Origin: Vicugna vicugna
Taxonomy: Eukaryota
Direction of reading: 5' to 3'
NCBI GenBank assembly: GCA_013265495.1
Contig: MU058451.1
Span: 1,134,584-1,198,583 of the forward strand
Length of the DNA stretch: 64,000 nucleotides
A program made the position numbers and the translations under genes. How positions within the stretch are numbered: position 1 is the first letter of the stretch; every line of letters begins with the position of its first letter. A model generated the notes under the pieces. It did not search any database and had not been told where the DNA came from. It worked only from the letters and a program-made list of their open reading frames with translations. Positions 51,981 to 64,000 of this stretch are shown here, piece by piece.

Positions 51981-53199
51981 GAGAGATGCAGTCCACGAGG
52001 CTGTTTCCAAGCAGGAGTAGATTTTTTCCCCAAAGACCATGAACAGTTCCTTTGTCCAAATCTAAGATACAGAAATACATAATCTCCCTCAAACAGGACA
52101 TTCGAATTTCTCTTATTTAGAGAGATCTGAAGCCCTCAAATATTAGAGAAGCAAAATGAAAAGACATCTTTTTTTATAATATGTTTTGGTTAGCTAACCA
52201 GGTAGGCAGATGCATGAAAGAGAGTGGTTTTCTTCTGGAAGCTGTTTTGCTTCACAAGGTACCTTCTACTTGCTAACAGTATATATACGATTGTAAAAAG
52301 AATCAAAGGACAAACTTTTTCAACATAGATGCGCCATTTGATAAAATCAAACACAAATTTCTTTGGAAAGGAAAGATTAAGTGCTACCACTGATAACTCA
52401 ATCAAGATTTAAGAAAAATTATTCCCTCCATAGGAGTGTTCAGTTTTGTTTTTCTTTTCTAACATGTCTTGAATTAAACAAAACATGTTAAACAAGATTG
52501 TAACGAAAACTTTGTATGATGTAAATATTCAAGGAAAGAAATTCTAGATTGATTATATTCTGGGACCACAAAGATTTTATTACTAGATATCACTAAAGTA
52601 GTGGAACCAGAGGCCACGAAAGTAGGACTCTAAGGGGGGGTGGGAGAGGGGGAGGGGAAGACTTTAGAGAACTTCCCCCCAGTTAAAAAAAAACTGCATA
52701 AAATGTAAATGCAATAAATTGAATCGAATTTTATTTTTCCAGGATTAACATATGTATTTAGTAGGTTTGGAAGGCCAATTGCCAATTCATGAATGTATCG
52801 GAATAAAACTCAAGAGCAAATGCCAAATGTCTGTGGTCTATGTAAACTACATAAAATCACGGGGGGGGGTTATATTTAGGTGGATCAAGGACGGATATAA
52901 AATGATGGTTAAAAATCAGTTGTTATGGTTTGTCGTGGATTTTCATGTGCTTATTAATTTTCCTAAGTTCCAAATGTTTTCATTTACCAACACTTGTCTA
53001 ATAGTTAAAGCTTCCGAACAGGCATCATTTCCTTATTTCCCTTCTCAGAAGTACGTGGGAAAAGATAATCAAAGAAAAAGTTTTAAGTGAAGCGAGTCCT
53101 TGCTGCCCGACCTCAGAACAATGGGAAGTGTTTGGCCATCTGCGCAAGGGTGCTGGGTGTTGGGGGGAGGAGGCCAAGGGACTTGAACTGTCATTCACC

Positions 53200-55670
53200 G
53201 TCCCACCGCCTTACGAGGCTTGGGATAACGCGCATCTAAGCATCATTCTTAGGGTGTAAGGAGGTAAAAAGGAAAGCGCTCGTTCGGGTGCGAGAAGCGG
53301 GAAGTGCGGTGTGAGGGGGGCTTTTTACCACGTCTTGGTGAGGAGGGTGGATCAGGAAGGCCCTCTGGGACTGACAGGTCCCACAAAAGTTAAGGGGGTC
53401 TGCACTGAGGCCTGCCTGTGGAGCAGGCTTCTCCGCTGCGGGTCGCTCCTGCCGGCGGTGACTCCGGCCGCCCGCGCGCCCGCCGCAGCCGCGAGCGACC
53501 AGGGCTGGGAAACCCGCTCCCTCCCCGGCGGCGCCTATTACCAGCAGCTGCTTCTGCTTAGCCTCCAAGGATCAGTTTGCCCCAACCCACGGCCTCTCCC
53601 TGGGCTCCATCTCCTCCCGCCCCTCCCTTCCTTCTCTTCCCCACCTCCCCCGCGAGCTCCGCTGCGGTCGGGCGGGTGGACGCGGCAGCGCAGTCACGCA
53701 CTCAGGTTCGGAGCTCCAGGATGCGGGAGCTGGGGGAGGGAGCGGGAGGAATGAGCCAGAAGGACCACGAGGCTTTAAGCCCACCGTGGGAGGCAGAGGA
53801 AGGCGCAGCGGCGGTGATATTAGGAGGCCGCGGGCGAGAAGGGAGCCGGACTAGGCTCGCTGCAGACCTCAGCCTCTCCACCCGCCGGGGAGCGCGGAAG
53901 AAGGCGCAGCAGGCCTGGGCTGGAGATGGGGGTCGGTGCCCTGACTGCCACCTGTAGCGTTGGGGAGATCGAACGGCCGGAGAGGATGCGGGAGCGCGTC
54001 TGCCCCGGCGCGGGGCCCGGGGGTCGGGAAAAGCTTGCCCCGCCGGCGCTGGTGGGGTGCGCGCGGTGACCCCAGAGGCTCGGCTGGCGGAGGCAGCCCC
54101 CTCCCTTGTCCTCGAACTCCACTTCCAGCGTGAGCTGGAAACAGACCCCCGCGAGGCGAGAGCAGGCCCTCACAAGGTTCGATGGAAACTGGGACTACAA
54201 AGCCAACGCTGCTGGGGGGCGCCGGGATGGGCGCGGTACCCAGGGCTGGGCTCTGCAGCGCGGGGCGGCGCAGGCCGCCGGCACCGGCACCGCGGTGGTC
54301 CCGGCTCCAGCTGGCTGGAGTCCGTTCTCCTCCGAGTGCCAGGCGAGAGTGGGACCCCGGGCCGCGGCAGGAGTCGCCTGGTAAGGACAGGCCGGGCTCT
54401 GGGCTGTAAAGGGGCCTAACGCCGGCCGGCTGGCTGCCGAGGCCTGTTCTGACACCGAGGATGGTCAGATACGGAAGAATACGCCTCTGAAAAGAGGTTT
54501 CACCTCGGTGTGCGGTCGTATTTTGGAAAACAAGCCTTTCGTGGCTGCGATGAGGTAGATCCCGCACCTCTGCACGGTTCTGTTGTGCCGGCTTAGCACG
54601 AGGAACAATATTATCCTGCCTGCCTAGAAGTGACCAAAGCAAAGGGCCTATCGGGTCCTTCTCCCCGCCCACCGCCGAGAGTAGGGGGCTCATCCGTCAG
54701 CGGAGGGCACACCCATTCGCGCCTGTGTCATATTTGACAGCTGGAAGGGATCCTAGCGGCCTTGTAGTCGTCCAACCCTGAAGTTGTATGGATGAAGAAA
54801 TGACATTCCGAGGGGTCAAGTGACCCTGCCCAAGATGGCACGGCTGTACGCCCAGCCAGCGTCTAGAATAATGCCTAGCGCGGGGCGAGCCATCAGGCAA
54901 TATGTGTTCAATGAAGGAATACCCAGCGAGGAGGTCGCAGACTCGGGATTCGAGCCCAGCTCAGACTCCCAGGGCAGCCCTCTTTAACCGAAGCGTAACC
55001 ACGTGCCAGGCTGTTTCCCGCCCAACCCTGCGCGCTCCAAGGCCAGGCCACAGCATCTCCAAACGCAAATGCCCCTTTGCCCACAGATTCCTGAGAACCA
55101 AACCTTTCGCCCTTTACTGATTTCTAAGAATCCGAGGTCTCCAGCCTCCACCCCCACCTCGGTTTTCATTCTGCAGTTCTGCGGACTGTCCTGTGGTCAG
55201 TGTCATTTCCTTAGCATCGAAAACTGCCGCAGCAGAAAATTACAAGGAGTAAAAGCCTCTCTCCCTAGTCTCCTTTCTCCTTAAGGACACCACCTCCCCA
55301 CCCTCGTTTTTAGGCGACTTTAACCTCGGCCACGGTCCCTTTCAGGGCAGGGTTAAAGCTTCTAAAGGTCGTTTGGGGAGGCCTTAGCATCTCCCCCAAC
55401 TCTAGCCCCGCCAACAACCCTCCTCCGTGAACATACAATCTAAGTGGAAAAAAGCTGCGCATCACAGCTTGAAGACCGCCGCGCCTCTACTCCCAGCCGC
55501 ACTCAAATCAATTGCTGGCCTGAGCTAAAGCCTCGCAGAATTTCATGCAGTCCGGGGAAGGAACGAGGCCAGGCGCGGGAAAGTGCGCAGGAGCCCAGAC
55601 CCGTCCGCGGGATCTCGGCTGTCTGGGCTCCTGCAAAGGCTGTGAGCTGGCGGTGCTGGACGCAGTCAAA
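53200..55670. promoter_or_regulatory. Large CpG island with no recognisable coding exon
   Basis: Dense CpG/GC over ~2.5 kb; plus-strand donor CTG|GTAAGG at 54380. Confidence 0.9.
54775..54990 (-). mobile_element. MIR remnant within the CpG island
   Basis: GGATGAAGAAATGAC...GAGGGGTCAAGTGACCCTGCCCAAGATGGCACGGCT...GGGATTCGAGCCCAG. Confidence 0.65.
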
Positions 55671-57999
55671 GGATCCCCAGTACTACTGACTGGAGAAACA
55701 CCTTTGCTAATGCGTTTGGGAGGTTGTGAATCCTCTGGGCCAAGTGCCACCAGAAGACTAATAATAGTGCTTTTTCCAGGTAAAGACCGCCTGCCATAGA
55801 GGGCAGATTCGCCAGTTTTCCAGAGGTGGAGTGAGATTCAGGGCGCATTTTCGAAATTTAGATCAGCAGCTTAAAAACCACTTTCTGATAGAAAAAATGT
55901 GGGTAAAATTCGACACTCGTTGTGGGGGCACCTGCAGGAAAGGCCAATTCTCACCCCTAACACAGGACTTACTTGGCACATAAAAGTGCAACGATTATTG
56001 AATGAATAAGAGTGACCATTTGCAATAATACAGATGATAATGTTTCTTCCTTTGGTGCGTCCTTTGCAGCTACCATCTTCTCTGTTTTTAAGACTGTTGT
56101 GGGACCCAAGCAAATAATTTCAATTTCACGATTATCAGCTTATCTAACACAAGTGAGATACATATGGAATCTGACACTGGGGTTCCTTCACTGTTGTCAC
56201 TATTTTCTGAGATTAACTCCTGATCAGGAATCCATGTTTATACTCACAATTAAAGTATGTAAAGTAACATACAGTTATTTTTGACAATGGAAAGAAATTG
56301 GCTTCTTTGGAAGAAAAATGGCTGGGAGAGATGCTCCCAGATCCCTTTACTGATAATGAATTTGGGCAGTACATATGTAATGCCTAGGGAATTCAACAGT
56401 GTAGCAGAGAAATCAGAGCAGTTAAAGCTATTTTCATGATGCTACCATCTTTTAAAAATATCCCCAATCTATTGTACCTGTGTGTCCACACAGGAGCCCC
56501 ACATCTTTTCATTTTCCAATATTAGCAAAAGTTGCAGAAAATATTACAAATCATTCAAGAATAAAATGAATGGCATTTTCAAAGGCTAGCTGTAGACATG
56601 TGCAAATCTCTCATTTTCCTAGGGTTAAGCCTTTGCTTTCTCTTTCTGTTGCAATTTAAATGCAAAAGAATATTTATAGGTAATCTGAAATTCTTGGTCC
56701 CCCTCTCTCAACAAAGAGATTTTGTTTTGCCTCTACCATATAAAACTGGAGGCAAGACATTTTGCAAAATGAGGTTTCTTTTTTTTTTTTACTTCCACCT
56801 TTTAATGCTACACACTTTGTCTTCCTAGTAAACTTCCAGCAACCATCGCCAATATGTGAGTTGAAGCAATATAAAGACAAATCTCCCCTGAGCCAGCCAT
56901 TCTGTGGAGTCTGTGGGGATACACAGCACTGTTAATTCCTCTGAGCTCCATCTGTGGGAATGATGAAACTCTGCCATTATGGAAGATTATGAGGTTAAAT
57001 TAATTAGGTTCTTCCATTATACTGCAGTCTTTTGGAGATGATTGCCATTTTCCCTTTAAATGTCATTATTTCTAGATCTAGTTAGCAGCTGATGCAATTA
57101 AAGGGGAGATAATGTAAATTTAACAATACAAATAACACTTTCTTTCATGTCTGTTGAAAAAAATGCATGGAGAGGACCAGCCATATTGTACCTGTCTGCC
57201 ATAAACAACTGATGTAACTTGTGCTTTAAAAGAATAAAATAAAACCAGCCAGTGTGCACTTGGATTCTTCAGTGAATTCTTGAATCAATACTTTTGTTTC
57301 ATGTTTTCATGTTCTCAGTAATGTTAATGTATCCAGTTACAAACTCTTGCCAGTAAGAAAGAAAATATGCCCTGCTGTGCACCCTTCTAAACACTTTTAA
57401 AGAATCACGTTTTCTTTTCATTTGGACTTACGATTCTGATTGTTGTATCTTTACAATCTTCAATGGATAATAACTAGACACACTTAATTCCCTACACTAA
57501 TCACCTGAGTTGAAAACCAGGGTCACATTAGCAGACCCAATAACATCTCTGATCTTGTACAAAAAGGGTACATATAGGCACTCAAATAGCATTAATTATG
57601 ATTTTTATTCTGCCACTGGAGAAACAGATCAGAAAGACCGGTAGGCTAATGATCTATACAGCAAGTATTAGAAACAGATGTATTCCTGTTGCAATACAGA
57701 GTAAGAATGTACTATTAATAGGTGATAAACTGCACATTCCTAATAAAAATAAATGCAATATAATAATTTTTTATTCTTTTCAGCCTTTCAAGAATTATTT
57801 TATTAGCTGTATAGTTAATAAAAACTTCGGTAATTCAATAGCCAATATTTTTAGGACCAATATTTAAATAGCTCATAGATCACAAATGAAAGTCCTTTGG
57901 TCCACAAAAAGAAAAAAATTTGTTTCCTTTGCTCGAGGTATTTTCAGCTTTTCTCTGTTTCCTACGAAATGGCTATACGTTTTAAATTGTTTGTAAAGG

Positions 58000-58480
58000 G
58001 CACTTCGAGATACGGGTTCAGCTTATTAAAGACGCAGCCCGCTTAGGTACAGGAGATCCGGGTATATGGTTGGCCTTCTAATGCATCTGTGGATTTTCCT
58101 TGATGGGTGGATGGGCGTTGCAGTCCGGGTTACCGCGTCGCGTTCTCAATTCAGAGATTTACGCGAAGATGTGACGTTACCACCACTCCCTCCTCCGCCC
58201 CAAGGTGCCTGAATTTGGGCGGGGATTACCCTGGGGCATTTACTGTGGGTTGTGCAGCCTCGGAGGGTTCGAGGTGAAGACAGCGGGCAGCCAGGGATGC
58301 TGAGGTGCACGGAGAACGCGGACGCCCGGGCACAGTAGGCTCAGGCACCCGCAGGCAGTGACAGCGCCAAAAGCTGCCTCTGATTTAAAATCTTAAACCC
58401 TTGTCCCACATGCGCGTCAAAACCTTTAGGTAGTATCCGTAGCCCGGGAATCTAAAAGTGCAAGTGTATTTTGAACTGAG
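58000..58480. promoter_or_regulatory. Small CpG island
   Basis: CpG cluster (CCGCGTCGCG, ACGCGGACGCCCGGG, GCGCGTC) with GC box GGGCGGGG in an AT-rich background. Confidence 0.7.
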
Positions 58481-61307
58481 AACGTCTCTACTTTATGGAA
58501 ATCCCCCGTTTAGGAGATGGTAATTGGATTGAGACTAGGAAAGAGAACAATTAAGTCTGAAGATTCGAGCTAACTAAAATATCTTACAAACATTACATTA
58601 TCAGATCGCCCAATGGATGCACCAGCAATCTAAAAGCCATGCCTTCCACTCAGTCTTTTTTTTTTTTTAACTTTCTCTCTAATGTCAATGTTCCCAAATC
58701 AACACTGTTCTTAACTTTCCAAACAGAGAATCTAGAATTTGGACCCTCAAAAACTATCCTTCCAGAACTACTAGAGATAGAAATATTAACTAAGACTTAG
58801 GTAGTCAGATGGGGTGGGGCGGGGAGAGAAGGGGCAAACTCTTTAAAAATGTAAATCTCTCTCCACATTTTTAAAGAGTTTGCCTCTCCCTCCCCCCCCC
58901 CAAGGGGGAACCATAAAATTCTCTGCAGCACACACTATAAATTGCATTTTGCTGAAAGTTTTAATACTTAATTTAAAGTCAAAGGATATTTTTTTGACCA
59001 TTTTAGCTCTTGCTGCTCATCTGGGAGAAAGTCCAGGGGGCAAATTTGATGTAATCCAGTAAAATTTTCCAGTGTAGCCTTGTTTAAGACAAATATCTTG
59101 AGTGGAACAGGTACTATTAGATGCAAATCAAACTGTTTTTGTTGACAGGAGAGGCAATTAGCATTCGTTAATATATTCAGAACTTTGAAAGTGGACTCGG
59201 TGGATATTCAGAGGAGGAAATGAAGTGGATGAATAATTAAGAGCAGGATCCCTGTTTGTAAAGATACCTTTGGACAATCTTATCTGTCAAGCAATATTCA
59301 GAATCGGCTGGGAGATGCTTTTGTATTGTGAAACAGAGTTAAAGAACTAAGCCAGCACTTCTAGAAAGACAAGAAAAAAATATGGATTCTGACACTTAAA
59401 AAGAATTAATCACTTTGAATTAGCCTAAACAGAAAAACACGAAGACTCATTCAAGGAAAGTTCTTAATCTTTTCTTATTTGTAACCTGATAGGAAATACT
59501 TTGAATAATTACATTAACTGCTTTCTGATTCAGACATATTTTTCCTGCATTATCTAAATAATCTCCTATTATTTGAACGCATTTAAAAAAAATTCTGCAG
59601 AATGCAAAAAGAATTCACCTTGTTTTGAAAAACAGAAACAAAAGTGATCCTAGTGTAGGTAATACTTTTTTCCCCCCCACAAGAGATGTGATGAAACCAA
59701 CCCTCAGAACATTTTTTAATGTTGATAGAGCAGGCTTGAAAAAACGTGTCATATAAATCAAACCGTTCTGGGGGCAAACCCATGTTGTTTTTAAACCACA
59801 GCGTGGGTCAGTGGGTGTGGTAAGGCGCATGGTTGAATGGTGAATGTATAGATGAAAATACATTTGCCACACTAGTTTCCAGAGGATTGTTTTGGCCTGG
59901 TGTTCCAAACCATGAGCCAAAACTTTGGTCAGTATTTTGACAACAGAGCCAGGAAAAACAAAAAAGGCTTAGCCTGTGAAAAAGAAATGAAGATGTAGTG
60001 AAGGAAAACAGTAGTCTCTCTGCCACTGCCTTACTCAATCCATATGTGGGCTTAAACACAGGAAATACCCACCATTCACCGCAATCAAGCCAGAGGCTTG
60101 TGCATCAGAAAGTGCCTTGTGGAACTAATTGGACTCTATTAAGATTGTCATTGACATGGGAAAGCATTTTGAAATTTTAAATCAGAACATGCCATGTACA
60201 TAGAAAAAGATAACAGTCACATTGTGGATTCAGGACTACAAATACAGGCATAATACACAGACGGCCATGAAAGATTTGTACGCTTTACTCAGTGACGTGC
60301 TGTATTAATTACCATTCGGGAGCACGTTTGTCTTCCTTCACATTGTGTGTTTGCTTTTAATCTACAATCTTTCCAGGATGGGCAGATTTCACTGAATAGG
60401 TTCTGGCACCAGCTCACAGCAGAGAAAATCCAAGCATTGCCAAGTTAAAATGATAATCAACAAAATTCATGGTACTTGCCATAATAGCAAAGTTTAGAGA
60501 AAAACAATATATAGTTTGAAACAATGAAACATCCAGGGAAGTTTTTCACTCATGGTGTTGGGCAAAACCACCTATAAGTATTCATGTATACACACACACA
60601 AAACTAACTTGGCCAACGAATCTTTGGAAAAGAGTATACTTCAGCATTGCCCTTACAAATGCCTTTTAAAATTACCCAAATATCGCATATGTTGGAAGCT
60701 TAGCCTCCTTTTGTTCTTGGTACAGTCCATCATAGTATTACTTGGAGCACGACCTACAGTGGTGTGTGTGTGCTTAGATCTGACAACTACCTCAATGTAG
60801 TGGCTGTCACTCACATTTGTTTTCTAGATAAGGTGAACTCGTTCCTAATATTCTTTGGACTGAAATCTGTATCTGGTTTGCCTTTTTGAAAATATGATTT
60901 CCCCCTGTTACAAAGAACATGCTATATTTCATCTACCTAAAGTTTTTGGAAGGCATTCCGTTGCACAGTCACTTAAGTCGAGATTTCTTTCCTATGAAGG
61001 GTGACAATAACCACAGCCACAGTCTATTTCAGAAAATAATGGATGATGATGACTTCTCACCAAAAATTTCAGCCCAAAGTTTGCTGCCATTTTTTAGTAG
61101 GAAGCTTCTTTATTTTGTTAGTTTCAAAATGTCTTCCTTGCCATGGGTCACTTCCAGTGGAGCTTAGCATTTCTCCAATTTCAAAAACAAAATGATTGCA
61201 ACTAGGGAGGGTATGTAATTTGTGTTCATGAAACTTAGATTGACCATGAAGATATTGCCAAAGGAAAGGGAAAACTGGACAAGCAACAAGTCATTGGAAG
61301 GCTCTGA

Positions 61308-61350
61308 TGTGTGTGTGTGTGTGTTTGTGTGTGTGTGTTTGTGTCTGTGT
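61308..61350. repeat. (TG)n microsatellite
   Basis: Seen directly, with interruptions. Confidence 0.95.
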
Positions 61351-61449
61351 ATTTAAATACCTTCATAATCCTAACATCATGAAAATTGAAATCTGGTCAT
61401 CCAATTGCCAGGCTCTTAATGTGAATTCTGAGATCGAATTCCAGATTTT

Positions 61450-61590
61450 TTTATGAATTAACTCAATTAACCCTCACAACAACCCTCTCCAGTAAGTGCA
61501 TTTATTATTCCCACTTTATGAGGAAACTGAGTCACAGAGAAGTAACTCGTCTGAAGTCACACAGCTAGAAATCAGAACTAAGTAATTTCT
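61450..61590 (-). mobile_element. MIR fragment
   Basis: CCTCACAACAACCCT...ATGAGGAAACTGAGTCACAGAGAAGTAACTCGTCTGAAGTCACACAGCTAG. Confidence 0.85.
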
Positions 61591-62089
61591 TGGCAAATAA
61601 TAAAACATTTGTTTCACCGGATTCCTGTACTAAGCTAGAAGGTGTGCAGAAAAAATTAAAAATAACTTTTCAGGTGATTTAAGTGTGTCTACAAAGCCTC
61701 CCACCTCCATTTAAAAATTTCCTGGCATTGGAAGTAGAATATGAAAATATCAGATGAAAAATAGGCAAATAAAGATAAAAAAATAGCTACTGTGGAAATA
61801 CATTATTATATTGGTTTGCAGTTGTGTCATGTCCCCCCACAATCACACTGTCTTATATGTACACATCATGTGTGCACACCTCATGCCAGGTGACAGTCAT
61901 AAAAGGCTCTCACTGAGACAGCAAGAAGGAGGCCACCAGTGACTGCATGAGCAGAAACACTTCTGTTTTTAGCCACACGGACAAATTCTCTCCAGTGGGA
62001 GGATAAAGTACTAGCCTCTACAGAGGGAGAATGGTACATTTATTTTTAAAGTAAAACAGTTTGGAGAGGGGTGACTATCAGATTAAGGA

Positions 62090-62720
62090 GGTAGCCTAGT
62101 ATAGGAGGAAGAGCTTTGCTTTGAAGTCAAGCAAGGCTGTGATCTTGCCCAGGGCGAGGGCCTCCGTTTCTCCATCTTGCAAAATGGAGGTAGTGTATGC
62201 AGTCTCACTGGGTTTTGAACATTATGGGTGACAATGTCCCTTAACTGATTTAGCAGCCTAGTTTAAGGCAGATGTTCTGGAAGCAGGCAGCCTGGTCTGA
62301 ATCCTGACTCTGTGAGACCAAGGCAAATAAATTAATCTTTCAGCTTGCATTTCTTCTTCTGCAAAGCACTTGTGAAGACAACCACCTTACCACATTGTAC
62401 TGAGAATTCAATTAGATAGTGTAGATTAAGCACTTCATTGAATTCTTGGCACAGAGTAGGTGCTCAGTGAGTGCCAGTGTAATTATTGACATCACTTGAA
62501 AAACAAGATCAATAGGATTTGAATCCCCACACCATTTCTAATCATCCCTTTTTTAAAAAATTCAAATAATACATTTCTGTTTTCCCTACAGCAGAAATCT
62601 GGATTCTACATTTCTTTCCCCTCTTGGTGATTTTTAAATTTGAACTTCAGTTTTTTCACCTATCAAATGGGTACATATTCAACCTTAACACTGTCATGGT
62701 AAGTTTTTAAGGTATCTTTA
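62090..62720 (+). mobile_element. Cluster of MIR copies (~62090-62240, 62255-62490, 62510-62720)
   Basis: CCTCCGTTTCTCCATCTTGCAAAATGGAG; TGGCACAGAGTAGGTGCTCAGT; CTTCAGTTTTTTCACCTATCAAATGGG. Confidence 0.75.
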
Positions 62721-64000
62721 TGACATCTTTACATGGAATTGAATTTCTCAAAATGGCATCTCTGTGGTCTGCACATAAAAATTATTAATGAACTGACACT
62801 GGGTGAGACATGAGCTATCACTTTTGTTAGGTCAAATTCCTAACCTCAGAAACCCAGGGGGTAATAGTCCTTCATTGGCCTGGATACGATGATAATTTAT
62901 CCAAACAGACTTAATTCTAAAAAGTAGTTTCAGGACAAATCTTTCTTCATTATCTATACATATATATAATGGGTTTTATGTATATGTTTCAGGCCACAGC
63001 TTACAAATGCCAGTGGGAAAAAAACATAAGTGAAAGAACATATCAAAAAATATTCCCAGATTTAAAGGAAAGACTGTCAGTTGAAAATGTCATGAGTGAC
63101 AGTTACACTGTGAGTCACCAATAAAAGATCAAGGCACTTTGGACAGTACTCCTGTGTTCTTTATATCCTGACCTTTGTTACAGCAGACTTGGAGTGATCT
63201 TGACTAAAAATCACCCCTGAGGGTACAATGAAATTTGCTCGTTAAACTATTCTAGTGTTTTTTCTGGATATCATGCATAACATGCTGCTGTCTTTCTGTG
63301 GCGGAACCCGAAGCTAATAGCTTTTACTGATTCTGCAGATAAATATCATATGTCACCACTCATTAAAAAATCTGTTCTAAAACCCACATTCCCATTAATC
63401 AACATTGTCTTTGTTTTCAAATAATTAATGCAAAAAATAACACTAAAAAAACCTTATAGAGAGTCTATAGTTGGTTATGGATAGAAAATTTTAACTCAAA
63501 TATTATAAAGTCATTTTATAAATTCATAATTGGCCCCTGTACATTCTATTTATTTCTTTTAAAATATATTCCTAAGCACTATCCTGTAGCTCATTTGTGT
63601 ATAAGTAATTTGCCCATATATTTTATTTCCTGAACCAGGATATTTTGAATATTACTCAGAAAAATAGGGATTGTCCTGGGAATAAAAGGAAGGAAAGTCA
63701 GCCTGCCTATAAGCATAGGTTTAATCAGCCTCAGCATTTAATTCTGTAGATTATGGAATAAGTTGGTGGTTTCATGAAAAAAAAAAAAGCCACAATTTTT
63801 GTCAATGAATACTCATACTGATACCAGAGTGTAATGAAAACAAATGTGCAAGGATCTTTAAAACCTAATGGTTTTTCAAATTAGCCAGCGAACTGTCAGA
63901 AATTCACATTATTCTGGACTATTTGTTGTTCTTTGAATCAGATTACATGACCATTTTTGGAAAATACTAAGTACTGAAGACTAAATCTAGACTTTTCTTT

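Noticed and set aside
53236..54693. ORFs up to 274 aa in the second CpG island
   Set aside because: Same GC-content artefact; no homeobox or other domain recognised.
1..64000. Gene symbol for the host gene; CRISPR arrays or prokaryote-type systems
   Set aside because: No coding exon recognised, so no gene name is given. The sequence is mammalian and has no regularly spaced repeat-spacer array or operon-like structure.

Overview
Mammalian genomic DNA, very likely camelid: two tRNA-derived SINEs resemble the camelid Vic-1 family (recognised from memory, not searched). I find no convincing protein-coding exon; the ORF track is explained by chance ORFs, decayed repeats and stop-poor GC-rich CpG islands. 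Positions 1-44 kb look like a long first intron of a minus-strand gene that I cannot name. Its promoter is probably the CpG island at ~44.4-45.4 kb, which has two candidate non-coding first-exon donors (exon ends 44930 and 44554). The intron holds old repeats (MIR, L2, CR1/L3, L1M/HAL1, MLT1/MLT2 LTRs, MER5, MER53) and younger lineage-specific SINE and L1 pieces. From ~46.5 to 61 kb the sequence is almost transposon-free, with further CpG islands and motif-dense non-coding blocks, as typically seen near developmental regulators. The most unusual item is a ~340 bp element joining an L1 5' end directly to an L1 3' end (3777-4114). I found no well-supported novel biological system. Repeat family names come from recalled consensus motifs and boundaries are approximate.
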